Below are positions 40,316-49,061 of a DNA stretch of 64,000 nt, piece by piece. Each line of letters starts with the position of its first letter. Position 1 is the stretch's first letter. Source of the stretch: Microgenomates group bacterium (lineage in GTDB: Bacteria; Patescibacteriota; Microgenomatia; Daviesbacterales; UBA10151). The position numbers and the translations under genes are program-made. Where the stretch lies: positions 704,589-768,588 of the forward strand of contig JBAZXP010000001.1 in the NCBI GenBank assembly GCA_041659805.1, read 5' to 3'. The notes under the pieces are model-generated. The model was not told the origin of the DNA and ran no database searches. It was given only the letters and a program-made list of their open reading frames with translations.

Positions 40316-41314
40316 TTAGGGAAGCGGTAAAACAACCACAAAGGTCGTTCCATAACCCTTGCTGCTTTTTACTCTAATTTCTCCTTGGTGAAGAGTGATG
40401 ATCGATTTTACAATAGCTAACCCCAATCCTGAGCCAAAAACTTTATCAGTTTTTGAACCACGGTAGAATCTATCAAATATATGCGGTATTTCTTCCTCTG
40501 GTATACCAAGTCCTTCATCAATCACGCTAATTAAAACCTTACTTGGACTTTTTTCCAGAATTATTTCCACCTCTCCATAAGAAGGAGAATACTTTATCGC
40601 GTTATCAATGATATTTAAAAGTGCCCGGGCTAATTTATCCTTAAAACCGTAAATATGTATATTTTTTGTGGTGGAAAATTTAACATTGATTTTCTTTTTC
40701 AGGGCTATTTTTTGAGCGATTTCATAAAGATCATCCATAAGATCTGACAGATTAATTCTTACTTTATGATTTTGTTTATTTGGACTTTCTGACCAGGCAA
40801 GATCCAAAACATTTTTCAGAGTTGCAGATAATTGGCGGGCTTCTGCCAATGCCACTTCCATTGTTTTTCTATACTCTTCATTTCCTCTTGGTTTATTTAA
40901 AGTAATCTCAAAAGAGCTTATCTGGGTAGCTAAAGGAGTCTTAAGTTCATGAGCTACATCGCCTATAAATTGCTGTTCTCTCTTAAATGCTTCGTTCAAA
41001 CGGTCAAGTAAACCATTAAATGAATTAGCTAGTTCCCCAATTTCATCATCATTTTTTATACCGTTAATCTTTTCTTCCAAATTTTCACTTGAAATCGATT
41101 TTATTTTGGTTGATAAATAAGTGATTGATCTGGTCATTTTGTAGACAACAGTAAATGCTGCTATTGCTAACAGCACAAAAAGTCCAATTAGAATGTGTAT
41201 GGTGTGAGGGATGGGATAGTAATGTATAAAAAGCAAAAAATATGCAATTACAATTAGCTGGCTTCCTATGTACCAAAGAAATAATTTAGCCCTTAGGCTT
41301 TTTAATTTAATCAT
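40316..41314 (-). CDS. sensor histidine kinase (HisKA + HATPase_c)
   Basis: H-box HELKTPL, N/G boxes (NAIKYS, GSGLGL) and N-terminal TM helices. Confidence 0.8.
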   Translation of the reverse strand: MIKLKSLRAKLFLWYIGSQLIVIAYFLLFIHYYPIPHTIHILIGLFVLLAIAAFTVVYKMTRSITYLSTKIKSISSENLEEKINGIKNDDEIGELANSFNGLLDRLNEAFKREQQFIGDVAHELKTPLATQISSFEITLNKPRGNEEYRKTMEVALAEARQLSATLKNVLDLAWSESPNKQNHKVRINLSDLMDDLYEIAQKIALKKKINVKFSTTKNIHIYGFKDKLARALLNIIDNAIKYSPSYGEVEIILEKSPSKVLISVIDEGLGIPEEEIPHIFDRFYRGSKTDKVFGSGLGLAIVKSIITLHQGEIRVKSSKGYGTTFVVVLPLP

Positions 41315-41988
41315 TTATTCTTTTCCGAAATAACATAACCCACACCATGGACAGTGTGTATTAATTTTTTCTTTTGTCCTCCATCAATTTTTTTCCTCAG
41401 TGTTGCGATAAATACATCCACTACATTAGAAAAACTATCAAAATTATAATCCCATGTATGCTCAGTAATTTGCGTTCTTGTTACTGGTTCGTCTTTGTGT
41501 AGTGCCAAGAATTCTAGTATTGAAAATTCTTTTGGAGTCAGAATAATTTCTTTATTATTTCTTTTGACTATACGTTTGATAGAATCAATCTCTAAATCAT
41601 CAATAACAATTGAACTTTGGGGTTGGTGATAATTCCTTCGGAGGAGTGCATTTACCCGGGCTTTTAATTCCATGAATTCAAATGGTTTAGTTAAGTAGTC
41701 ATCTGCACCAACATTTAAACCAGTTACTCTGTCTTCAACTTGAGTTTTTGCTGTTAGCATCAAAATTGGTATATTTATTTTCTGGTTTCTCAAGTTCTTG
41801 CATACATTAAGACCATCTAGTTTAGGTAAGGTAATATCCAAAATGATTACGTCATAACTTTCAGATTCTGCTAAGTAAAGGCCTTCCTGTCCATCAAAGG
41901 CTTGATCCACTGCAAAACCTAATTCAACAAATCCAGTCTTTATAACATTAGAGAGTCTTTTTTCGTCCTCGATCAATAAAATCCTCAT
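41311..41988 (-). CDS. OmpR-family response regulator
   Basis: Receiver domain (DVIILDITLPKLDG) plus a winged-helix trans_reg_C domain. Overlaps the kinase gene by 4 nt. Confidence 0.85.
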   Translation of the reverse strand: MRILLIEDEKRLSNVIKTGFVELGFAVDQAFDGQEGLYLAESESYDVIILDITLPKLDGLNVCKNLRNQKINIPILMLTAKTQVEDRVTGLNVGADDYLTKPFEFMELKARVNALLRRNYHQPQSSIVIDDLEIDSIKRIVKRNNKEIILTPKEFSILEFLALHKDEPVTRTQITEHTWDYNFDSFSNVVDVFIATLRKKIDGGQKKKLIHTVHGVGYVISEKNK

Positions 41989-42058
41989 AATTACTTGTAT
42001 TATACAGAAATTGCTGCCATAACTCTAAAACCTCATTATCTATGATAAAGTAATATTA

Positions 42059-42532
42059 ATGAAACATTATGAAGAGAGCGTGATAATTCCTGCAAGTCCA
42101 GAAGAGGTTTTTAACTTTGTGGATGATCATACTAAACTTTCGTCACATATGAATGAGTCATCTTGGATGATGGGTGGAGGAAAGATGAACACTTCTATTG
42201 ATGAAAAAGGCGGTAAAGAAGTAGGATCCCATATACAAATGAGTGGTAAAGTTCTGGGGATTGATCTTTACTTAGATGAAGTTGTAACGTGCAGAGAACC
42301 TCCAAGATTGAAAATTTGGGAAACAGTTGGGGCTCCAAAGCTTCTTGTTGTTGGCTCTTACCAAATGAAAGCTGAAATAAAACCACAAGACGAAGCATCA
42401 CTACTAGAAGTATCTATCGATTATGAGTTGCCGACAAAACATGCGTGGCTTGGAAAACTATTTGGTGGATTCTATGCAAAATGGTGTGTTAAACAGATAC
42501 TTAATAGTCCTCGTGATTACTTCATTAAATAG
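42059..42532 (+). CDS. SRPBCC-superfamily (polyketide-cyclase/START-like) protein
   Basis: About 150 aa, with N-terminal ...ESVIIPASPEEVFNFVDD..., typical of the Polyketide_cyc2/Bet v1 fold. Confidence 0.5.
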   Translation: MKHYEESVIIPASPEEVFNFVDDHTKLSSHMNESSWMMGGGKMNTSIDEKGGKEVGSHIQMSGKVLGIDLYLDEVVTCREPPRLKIWETVGAPKLLVVGSYQMKAEIKPQDEASLLEVSIDYELPTKHAWLGKLFGGFYAKWCVKQILNSPRDYFIK

Positions 42533-42591
42533 TAGTCTATAATCTTCATGAAATCTTAATAATTCATTAGCTATCATGATACGAAGATCCT

Positions 42592-43296
42592 ATGCGATTA
42601 CTTTTTCTGCTCTTATTGCTAGTTATTATATCCAGTGGCGTTATATATTTTGTGTTAAAAAATCAAGCTCAAGTTTCAACTTCCAAAAGTACCACACAAT
42701 CCTTAGAGGAAGAATTCGGTAAAGAGATAGCAGTAAGTAGCGGCAATTGGATTGAACAGAAAGACGCTCCTATTTTTGATAACGAGCAAGTATCGACTCA
42801 ACCTAAAAAGTATGAAGATAATAAATTGGCTAAAATTCTAGGGGTTAATACTTCTGACAAATGGTTGGAGGTTAATCTGACTGAGCAAAAGATTTATGCT
42901 TGGGAAGGAAATCAAAAGGTTTTTGAATTTTTTGTTTCAACTGGTCGTCCTGGATATGATACTCCAACTGGAGAATTTACAGTTTGGAGAAAAGTTTTAT
43001 ATCAAGCATATAAAGGAGGGTCAAAGGATCGTGGGGATTATTATTATCTGCCAAATGTTCCTTATTCTCTATTCTTCGCAAATAATAAAATAGCTAAAGG
43101 TAAAGGATATGCCGTTCATGGAGCTTATTGGCATAATGACTTTGGAATAAAAAGAAGGAGTTCGGGTTGTGTTAATGTTCGTCCGGAAGAAGCAGCAAAA
43201 CTATATTACTGGGCTAACCCCTTAATAGGGGAAGGTGTAAACGCTATTAACTCAACAGCAGATAACCCTGGTATTAGAGTTTCCATTCATTACTAA
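42592..43296 (+). CDS. L,D-transpeptidase (YkuD domain)
   Basis: HGAYWHNDFG...SSGCVNV, the catalytic His...S-x-GC-[IV]-[RN] motif. N-terminal TM anchor. Confidence 0.8.
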   Translation: MRLLFLLLLLVIISSGVIYFVLKNQAQVSTSKSTTQSLEEEFGKEIAVSSGNWIEQKDAPIFDNEQVSTQPKKYEDNKLAKILGVNTSDKWLEVNLTEQKIYAWEGNQKVFEFFVSTGRPGYDTPTGEFTVWRKVLYQAYKGGSKDRGDYYYLPNVPYSLFFANNKIAKGKGYAVHGAYWHNDFGIKRRSSGCVNVRPEEAAKLYYWANPLIGEGVNAINSTADNPGIRVSIHY

Positions 43297-43305
43297 TCTA
43301 AGTAG

Positions 43306-43575
43306 TTATCTTACAAACAATTTGTTTACCTTGACAAAAATATAACCAATTATCCAGGCTGTTAGTGTTACTGAAACTAATCCCAAAATAAATGAAGGCA
43401 TATCTAAATTCCAAGTGCCTATTTGGTTAATCCCAATACCGTGAAACCACGATTGGGCAACGGCGAAAGATGCATCAGGAAATAAGCCTACTAATACTCG
43501 GCATGCCACAAAAACAATGGCTGTAGTAACAGCTAATGCATTTGGGAGAGAATATTGATTCTTCATTAATTTCAC
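43306..43575 (-). CDS. small membrane protein (89 aa) with strong RBS
   Basis: AAAGGAGGTGAAATTA-ATG Shine-Dalgarno and two hydrophobic helices. Confidence 0.4.
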   Translation of the reverse strand: MKLMKNQYSLPNALAVTTAIVFVACRVLVGLFPDASFAVAQSWFHGIGINQIGTWNLDMPSFILGLVSVTLTAWIIGYIFVKVNKLFVR

Positions 43576-43597
43576 CTCCTTTCAGGATAGGATATCA

Positions 43598-43732
43598 CTT
43601 TTTGTTAATTTCTTTCAAAAAATAAATACTTCCTAATACCAGAAAAAACATTAAAGCAATCCAAGTTACCGCACCAATGAAACCACCCATGCCATAACCA
43701 TTCATCATATTTGAAAAACCATCCATCATTTA
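43598..43732 (-). CDS. small hydrophobic peptide ORF (44 aa: MMDGFSNMMNGYGMGGFIGAVTWIALMFFLVLGSIYFLKEINKK)
   Basis: Found by eye; it is below the ORF-track cutoff. Preceded by a strong AGGAGGTGA RBS. One TM helix. Confidence 0.3.
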
Positions 43733-43744
43733 TAACTCACCTCC

Positions 43745-43800
43745 TTAAATATTTATTAAATCTTTCCCTTTTCTCTTTAATAGTACAACATTTACAGCAA
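43745..43800 (-). pseudogene. remnant of the 3' end of a P1B-ATPase gene
   Basis: Minus-strand translation AVNVVLLKRKGKDLINI* parallels the C-terminus of the ATPase at 46075..48285 (AINAVLLKRAEKDLINI*). The nucleotide similarity extends about 55 nt including the stop. Confidence 0.45.
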
Positions 43801-43849
43801 GATGCTTTTGCATATATTTTCCACTATAATATAAGAGTACCCTCTTTTT

Positions 43850-45778
43850 ATGAACAATGTAAATCAGATAGCTAATAAACCAAACTTACCCAGCTTTTTG
43901 AAAGAAAAAAAGTTCCGTTGGCTACTTATTGCTTTAATAGCAGTTATCCCGCTTGAAATATTATCTATATTTTCAATTCATTTACCCTTATGGGTTGAAT
44001 TACCCCTATTTATATCTATTATTTTAATCTTTGGACGTAATGTTTTCAGAGACGGTATCCAAAGTCTTCTGCATTTTAATTTTGCTAATATAAATCTTTT
44101 AATGACAATTGCCATATTCGGGGCAATATATCTGCAGGAATTTGAGGAAGCAACTATTATCGTTATCTTATTTGCCCTGGGAAATGCACTCGAAGAGTTT
44201 GGGATTGAAAGAAGTCAAACTGCTCTTAAGCAACTGGTTGATAAGGCTCCAAAATCAGGTCAGGTGAAAGGGAAAAACGAAAGAACACCGATTGAACAAA
44301 TTGGGGTTGGGGACATATTGATAATTAAACCTTTTGACCATATTCCACTTGATGGAGAGGTTGTAAAAGGCGACTCTATTGTTGATGAAACTGCCATTAC
44401 CGGAGAGCCTTTACCAAAAAACAAACACTTAGGAGATTCTGTTTACGCTGGTACAGTTAACGGTAATAGCTATCTTGAAATTAGAGTAACAAAAACTGCT
44501 AAAGATACTACTCTGGCTAAAATTATTGACCTAACTTATAAATCTGCTGAAAAAAAATCAAACACTCAAAGATTTATTGAAAAATTTGCAACCTACTATA
44601 CTCCTGCTGTTATATTTATTGCTATTCTATTAGTCGTTATCCCTGTTGTTGTTTTTAAACAACCCTTTAACCGCTGGTTTGTTGAAGCATTAACACTACT
44701 TTTAATATCTTGTCCTTGCGCTTTGGTTATCTCTACCCCGATTACCATTTTTTCGGCTATGGGTAATGCAACTAGGCGGGGAGTACTCATTAAAGGAGGT
44801 CGGTTTTTAGAGGAAATAGGTAAAATCAAAGCGATTGCTTTTGATAAAACCCGCACTCTAACAAAAGGTGAACCAGTAGTATCTGATATAGTTCCGTTTA
44901 ATGGATTTACTAAAGAGGAGCTACTTTCAGATGTTGCTGGAATGGAGGTTTTATCAGAACACCCCCTTGGAAAGAGTATTGTTCAAAAAGCCAAACAGGA
45001 TAATCTCATGCCACATCATTTTGTAAATTTTGAGGCGATTATGGGAAAAGGTGTAAAAGGAGAATGCGCCGTTTGCGTTGATAAACATCATTGTTTGGGA
45101 AATCTCAAATTTATTACAGAAGAACATCATGTTGATGAAGCAGTTGTTAAAAAAGTTGAGGAATTTGAAAAAGAAGGAAAAACTGCTATTGTCTTGGTGG
45201 ATAACAAAAAGGTAAGCGGAGTTATTGGTATAACCGATGAAATAAGGAGTGAGAGTAGGCCAACAATTGATAGTCTCCTTAGATTAAATGTCACACCCGT
45301 TATCTTAACTGGTGACAACCAATCATCGGCCCGTTATGTTGCCCAAAAAGTAGGAATTAATATTGTAAAGGCTGGACTTCTACCTGAAGGTAAAGTGAAG
45401 GAATTATTAACTTTGGTAGATCACTATAAGCATGTGGCAATGGTGGGTGATGGCGTTAATGATGCTCCAGCTTTAGCATCCTCATCTGTTGGTATTGCTA
45501 TGGGGGCAATTGGCTCGGATGTAGCGGTTGAGAATTCAGATATTGCTTTAATGAATAATGATTTGCTAACAATCCCTTACTTGATTGAATTAGGAAAGAA
45601 AGCAACCACAACAATTCGCTTTAATATCACTTCAGCCGTATTAGTAAAGTTTATCTTCTTATTTCTTGCTATTGCAGGACGAAGCAATCTTACTCTAGCT
45701 ATATTTTCTGACGTTGGAGTGACTCTTTTTGTAGTACTAAATGGTTTAAGATTGTATAACTATAAACCTAAGGTTTAA
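43850..45778 (+). CDS. P1B-type heavy-metal ATPase (Zn/Cd/Co-type, no N-terminal HMA), DKTRT variant
   Basis: SCPCALVISTP (CPC), AFDKTRTLTKG (Arg in place of the canonical Gly of DKTGT), GDGVNDAPAL; 642 aa. Confidence 0.8.
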   Translation: MNNVNQIANKPNLPSFLKEKKFRWLLIALIAVIPLEILSIFSIHLPLWVELPLFISIILIFGRNVFRDGIQSLLHFNFANINLLMTIAIFGAIYLQEFEEATIIVILFALGNALEEFGIERSQTALKQLVDKAPKSGQVKGKNERTPIEQIGVGDILIIKPFDHIPLDGEVVKGDSIVDETAITGEPLPKNKHLGDSVYAGTVNGNSYLEIRVTKTAKDTTLAKIIDLTYKSAEKKSNTQRFIEKFATYYTPAVIFIAILLVVIPVVVFKQPFNRWFVEALTLLLISCPCALVISTPITIFSAMGNATRRGVLIKGGRFLEEIGKIKAIAFDKTRTLTKGEPVVSDIVPFNGFTKEELLSDVAGMEVLSEHPLGKSIVQKAKQDNLMPHHFVNFEAIMGKGVKGECAVCVDKHHCLGNLKFITEEHHVDEAVVKKVEEFEKEGKTAIVLVDNKKVSGVIGITDEIRSESRPTIDSLLRLNVTPVILTGDNQSSARYVAQKVGINIVKAGLLPEGKVKELLTLVDHYKHVAMVGDGVNDAPALASSSVGIAMGAIGSDVAVENSDIALMNNDLLTIPYLIELGKKATTTIRFNITSAVLVKFIFLFLAIAGRSNLTLAIFSDVGVTLFVVLNGLRLYNYKPKV

Positions 45779-45871
45779 AAAATAGTAATCTCCAATATAT
45801 TCACCGATATCCGTGAACTACGATACGGAGTAAAAACTTTCATGAGCTACTCAAAGATGTAAACCAATAGT

Positions 45872-45897
45872 GGTTGCACCCCTTAGATTGCAAGGGT
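45872..45897 (+). repeat. 26-nt motif ggttgcaccccttagattgcaagggt (direct repeat copy 1)
   Basis: Matches 48359..48384 at 23 of 26 positions. The two copies flank the ATPase gene 46075..48285. Confidence 0.5.
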
Positions 45898-46074
45898 TTG
45901 GTCGGCAGCGCATTTTTTCCCCGAGATTGTCGGGTGGCTTGCTGTCGCTTTTACATTAATAACTCACTTTATTGCTCATACTAGTAAGTAAAGGGGAGAA
46001 GCCTTGCGAAAATAGAGTTTATATTATAGAAAACCCTTGAAATACTCAATAGACTAAGTAGAAAATTGGGAAAT

Positions 46075-48285
46075 TTAAATATTTATTAAATCTTTTTCTG
46101 CTCTTTTTAATAATACAGCATTAATAGCAACAATAATTGATGAAGCAGACATCAAAAGAGCGGAGAATTCTGGTCTTAAAGTAATACCAAAGCTTGGATA
46201 TAAAACCCCTGCAGCGATTGGAATAGCTAAAACATTGTAGACACTTGCCCAAACTAAATTTTGTTTCATTTTATTGACTGTAGCTTTACTTAATCTGATA
46301 GCCCTTAAGACATCACCTGGATCAGATTTCATTAAGACTATATTGGCAGTCTCAATTGCTACATCAGTTCCTGCTCCAATTGCAATACCAATATCAGCTT
46401 GAGCCAAGGCCGGAGCATCATTTACTCCATCACCCACCATGGCTACAAATTTATTTTCATCCTGAAGTTTTTTAACATATTTGGCTTTATCTGCTGGTAA
46501 TACTTCAGCAAATATTCTGTCTATCCCAAGTTCCTTACCAATAGCATCAGCTGTTTTTTGATTATCACCTGTGATCATTGCAACTTCGAGTCCTAATTCC
46601 TTCATTCTAGCTATGGCTTGTTTTGTGGTATCACGAATCTGGTCTGCTGCTGCTATTACTCCAGCTGCTTTCCCATCTATAGCTGCAATCATTAAAGTTT
46701 TCCCTTCATCTAGTAAGGTATTAATTTTTTCATCTAAGGCATCTAGGTTTACTGATTTTTCTTCCATTAATTTTCTAGTTCCAATAAGTAATTTTTTACC
46801 TTCAACTTTTGCTTCAACGCCTAATCCTGAAAGAGAATTGAAGTCTGTTACTTCAGTAGGAAGTTTAATTTTTCTTTTATCTACTTCCTCAATTACTGCC
46901 TGACTTAAAGGATGACCTGATTTTTTCTCTGTAGCTGCTACAAGCCCAAGCACTTCATTTTCATCAAACCCTTCTAGGACATAAACATCCGTTACTTTGG
47001 GTTTTCCCTCAGTCAATGTTCCGGTTTTATCCAAAACTACTGCCTGAATTTTTGAAGCCCGTTCTAAAGTAGCTGCATCTTTGATTAAAATATTATGTTT
47101 TGCTCCAATACCGGTTCCAACAGCTACTGCAGTTGGGGTGGCGAGTCCCAATGCATCAGGGCAAGCGATTACTACAGCAGAAATTGCAAAAGTTAGAGCC
47201 ACGATGAACCCTGCCCCCATTCCGAAGTACCAAACCATAAAAGTGATTATTCCTGCACCTACAGCTAGAATAACTAAATATTGGGCTGCACGATCAGCTA
47301 ATCTCTGGCCTGGGGCTTTAGAGTTTTGAGCCGTTTCTACTAATTTCACAATCTGAGCAAGTGCAGTATCAGTTCCTACTTTTGTAGCCTTAAATTTCAC
47401 AGAACCAGTTTGATTGATTGAACCACCTACTACGGAATCTCCAATAGTTTTGCTAACTGGAATAGATTCACCTGTAACAAATGACTCATCAATGGCTGTT
47501 TGTCCTTCAACTACCACTCCGTCAACCGGAACTTTGTCCCCAGGTTTTAAAACTACGATATCTCCAATAACAACATCAGAGGTTGAAATCATAAGTTCCT
47601 GACCATTTCTAATAACTCTTGCCTTAGGCGGTACTAAGTCAAATAAAGCACGGAGAGCATCTGATGTTCCTTTGCGTGATTTCATTTCCATCCAGTGACC
47701 AAATAAAACAAAGGTTACAAGTAATGCTGCTGCTTCAAAAAAAGTTTCTCCGCCAATAAAAAGTGTAATAAAGACACTGAATATATAGGCTGCAAAAACA
47801 CCTACAGAAATTAAAACCATCATGTTTAGAGTTTTTTGCTTTAAAGCCTGATAAGCACCTTGGGGAAAGATTGAACCAAACCTAAAAACTACTACAGAAG
47901 TAAGAATCAACAATAACCAATTAACAGGAATTGGGGTGGGGAGGGTAACCTTTAATATATTAGTAAACACTGGTGAATAAAGAAAAATTGGAATCGAGAA
48001 AAGAAGTGACCAAAGAAATCGGTTTCTCATATCCTTTTCCATAAACTCAGCCATCCTTGGATCAGTCATAGCACTTTCATGATCCATATGAGCCATATTG
48101 TGTTCAGTTTTAGAACGGTGACATTCACAGTGTGTTTCAGTTTCTGAACAAACCATTTTTGAAGAGGCCTCAATACCGCTTTCGTAGTGACCTTCGCTCT
48201 TCATTGAAGACATATCATGATTCATCTTTGAATGATCCATCATTCCCGTCATTTCATGGTCGGGCATATTATCAGATTTATCCAT
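46075..48285 (-). CDS. P1B-type heavy-metal ATPase with His/Met-rich N-terminal metal-binding region (CopB-like)
   Basis: N-terminus MPDHEMTGMMDHSKMNHDMSSMKSEGH...CECHRS...HNMAHMDHE, then ACPDALGLATP (a CPD variant of the CPx motif), DKTGTLT, GDGVNDAPAL; 736 aa. Confidence 0.8.
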   Translation of the reverse strand: MDKSDNMPDHEMTGMMDHSKMNHDMSSMKSEGHYESGIEASSKMVCSETETHCECHRSKTEHNMAHMDHESAMTDPRMAEFMEKDMRNRFLWSLLFSIPIFLYSPVFTNILKVTLPTPIPVNWLLLILTSVVVFRFGSIFPQGAYQALKQKTLNMMVLISVGVFAAYIFSVFITLFIGGETFFEAAALLVTFVLFGHWMEMKSRKGTSDALRALFDLVPPKARVIRNGQELMISTSDVVIGDIVVLKPGDKVPVDGVVVEGQTAIDESFVTGESIPVSKTIGDSVVGGSINQTGSVKFKATKVGTDTALAQIVKLVETAQNSKAPGQRLADRAAQYLVILAVGAGIITFMVWYFGMGAGFIVALTFAISAVVIACPDALGLATPTAVAVGTGIGAKHNILIKDAATLERASKIQAVVLDKTGTLTEGKPKVTDVYVLEGFDENEVLGLVAATEKKSGHPLSQAVIEEVDKRKIKLPTEVTDFNSLSGLGVEAKVEGKKLLIGTRKLMEEKSVNLDALDEKINTLLDEGKTLMIAAIDGKAAGVIAAADQIRDTTKQAIARMKELGLEVAMITGDNQKTADAIGKELGIDRIFAEVLPADKAKYVKKLQDENKFVAMVGDGVNDAPALAQADIGIAIGAGTDVAIETANIVLMKSDPGDVLRAIRLSKATVNKMKQNLVWASVYNVLAIPIAAGVLYPSFGITLRPEFSALLMSASSIIVAINAVLLKRAEKDLINI

Positions 48286-48358
48286 AAAAAAGTCTTATAT
48301 ATTTAGTATATGTAATTTAGATTAGGAAATCATTAAGAACTTTACTGTTCTTTTAAGG

Positions 48359-48384
48359 GGTTGCACCCCTCAGATTACAAGGGT
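48359..48384 (+). repeat. 26-nt motif ggttgcacccctcagattacaagggt (direct repeat copy 2), embedded in a larger stem-loop
   Basis: Directly followed by the 10-bp inverted repeat ATTACAAGGG...CCCTTGTAAT (48375..48419) enclosing a CGAAG/CTTCG hairpin. A second hairpin GGTAGCAG-gcagg-CTGCTACC lies at 48449..48469. Confidence 0.5.
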
Positions 48385-48509
48385 CTAGATAAACGAAGTC
48401 GTTGCTTCGCCCTTGTAATCCTCACCCCGCTTAAATTACCCAGGTATAGGTAGCAGGCAGGCTGCTACCTAAAAATAAATTATTTTTTAGGGAAAAGCCT
48501 AGAAAGGGG

Positions 48510-48821
48510 GTGAAATATATGCAACTATTAACAAAAGAAATAGCAACAAAGCTGCCATTCTTGTATACACAGGAAGATATTGAGGATCCAATGGTTATCT
48601 GTAAATTCTTTGCTGTTTGGACAAATTGGACATGGTATGCAATAGAGTTTGACGGAAACAATACTTTCTTTGGATATGTAGCAGGAGATTTTCCGGAATT
48701 AGGATATTTTACTCTTTCCGAACTACAAGACTTAAAGGGCCCAATGAGCGGGACATTTATTTTAGAGCGTGCAGGCTTTCAGAAATTAAAAAGCTACACG
48801 AAGGACAATATTAAATATTAA
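48510..48821 (+). CDS. hypothetical protein (103 aa) with strong RBS
   Basis: AAAGGGGGTGAAATAT-ATG. No motif recognised. Confidence 0.4.
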   Translation: MKYMQLLTKEIATKLPFLYTQEDIEDPMVICKFFAVWTNWTWYAIEFDGNNTFFGYVAGDFPELGYFTLSELQDLKGPMSGTFILERAGFQKLKSYTKDNIKY

Positions 48822-48879
48822 ACCTGCCGTTGTTTAAAAAGCGGCGGCAGGTTATAAAAAAGAAAGGAGGTGAAAATTA

Positions 48880-49047
48880 TGATAGATCCATTGTTAACAT
48901 CAAAATATGAAGATGAAATTCTAGACCTTATTGATAATCAAGATGAGTACACGAGAAGTGACTTACAGGGAATAGTTACTGTACTTGTTAATAAGATTAT
49001 GAATAGTGGTTACAAGATAATTAGCGATCAGAAAAGGACAGTATAAA
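48880..49047 (+). CDS. small acidic ORF (55 aa) with strong RBS
   Basis: AAAGGAGGTGAAAATT-ATG. Below the ORF-track cutoff. Confidence 0.3.
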
Positions 49048-49061
49048 ATATTACAGGTGGT

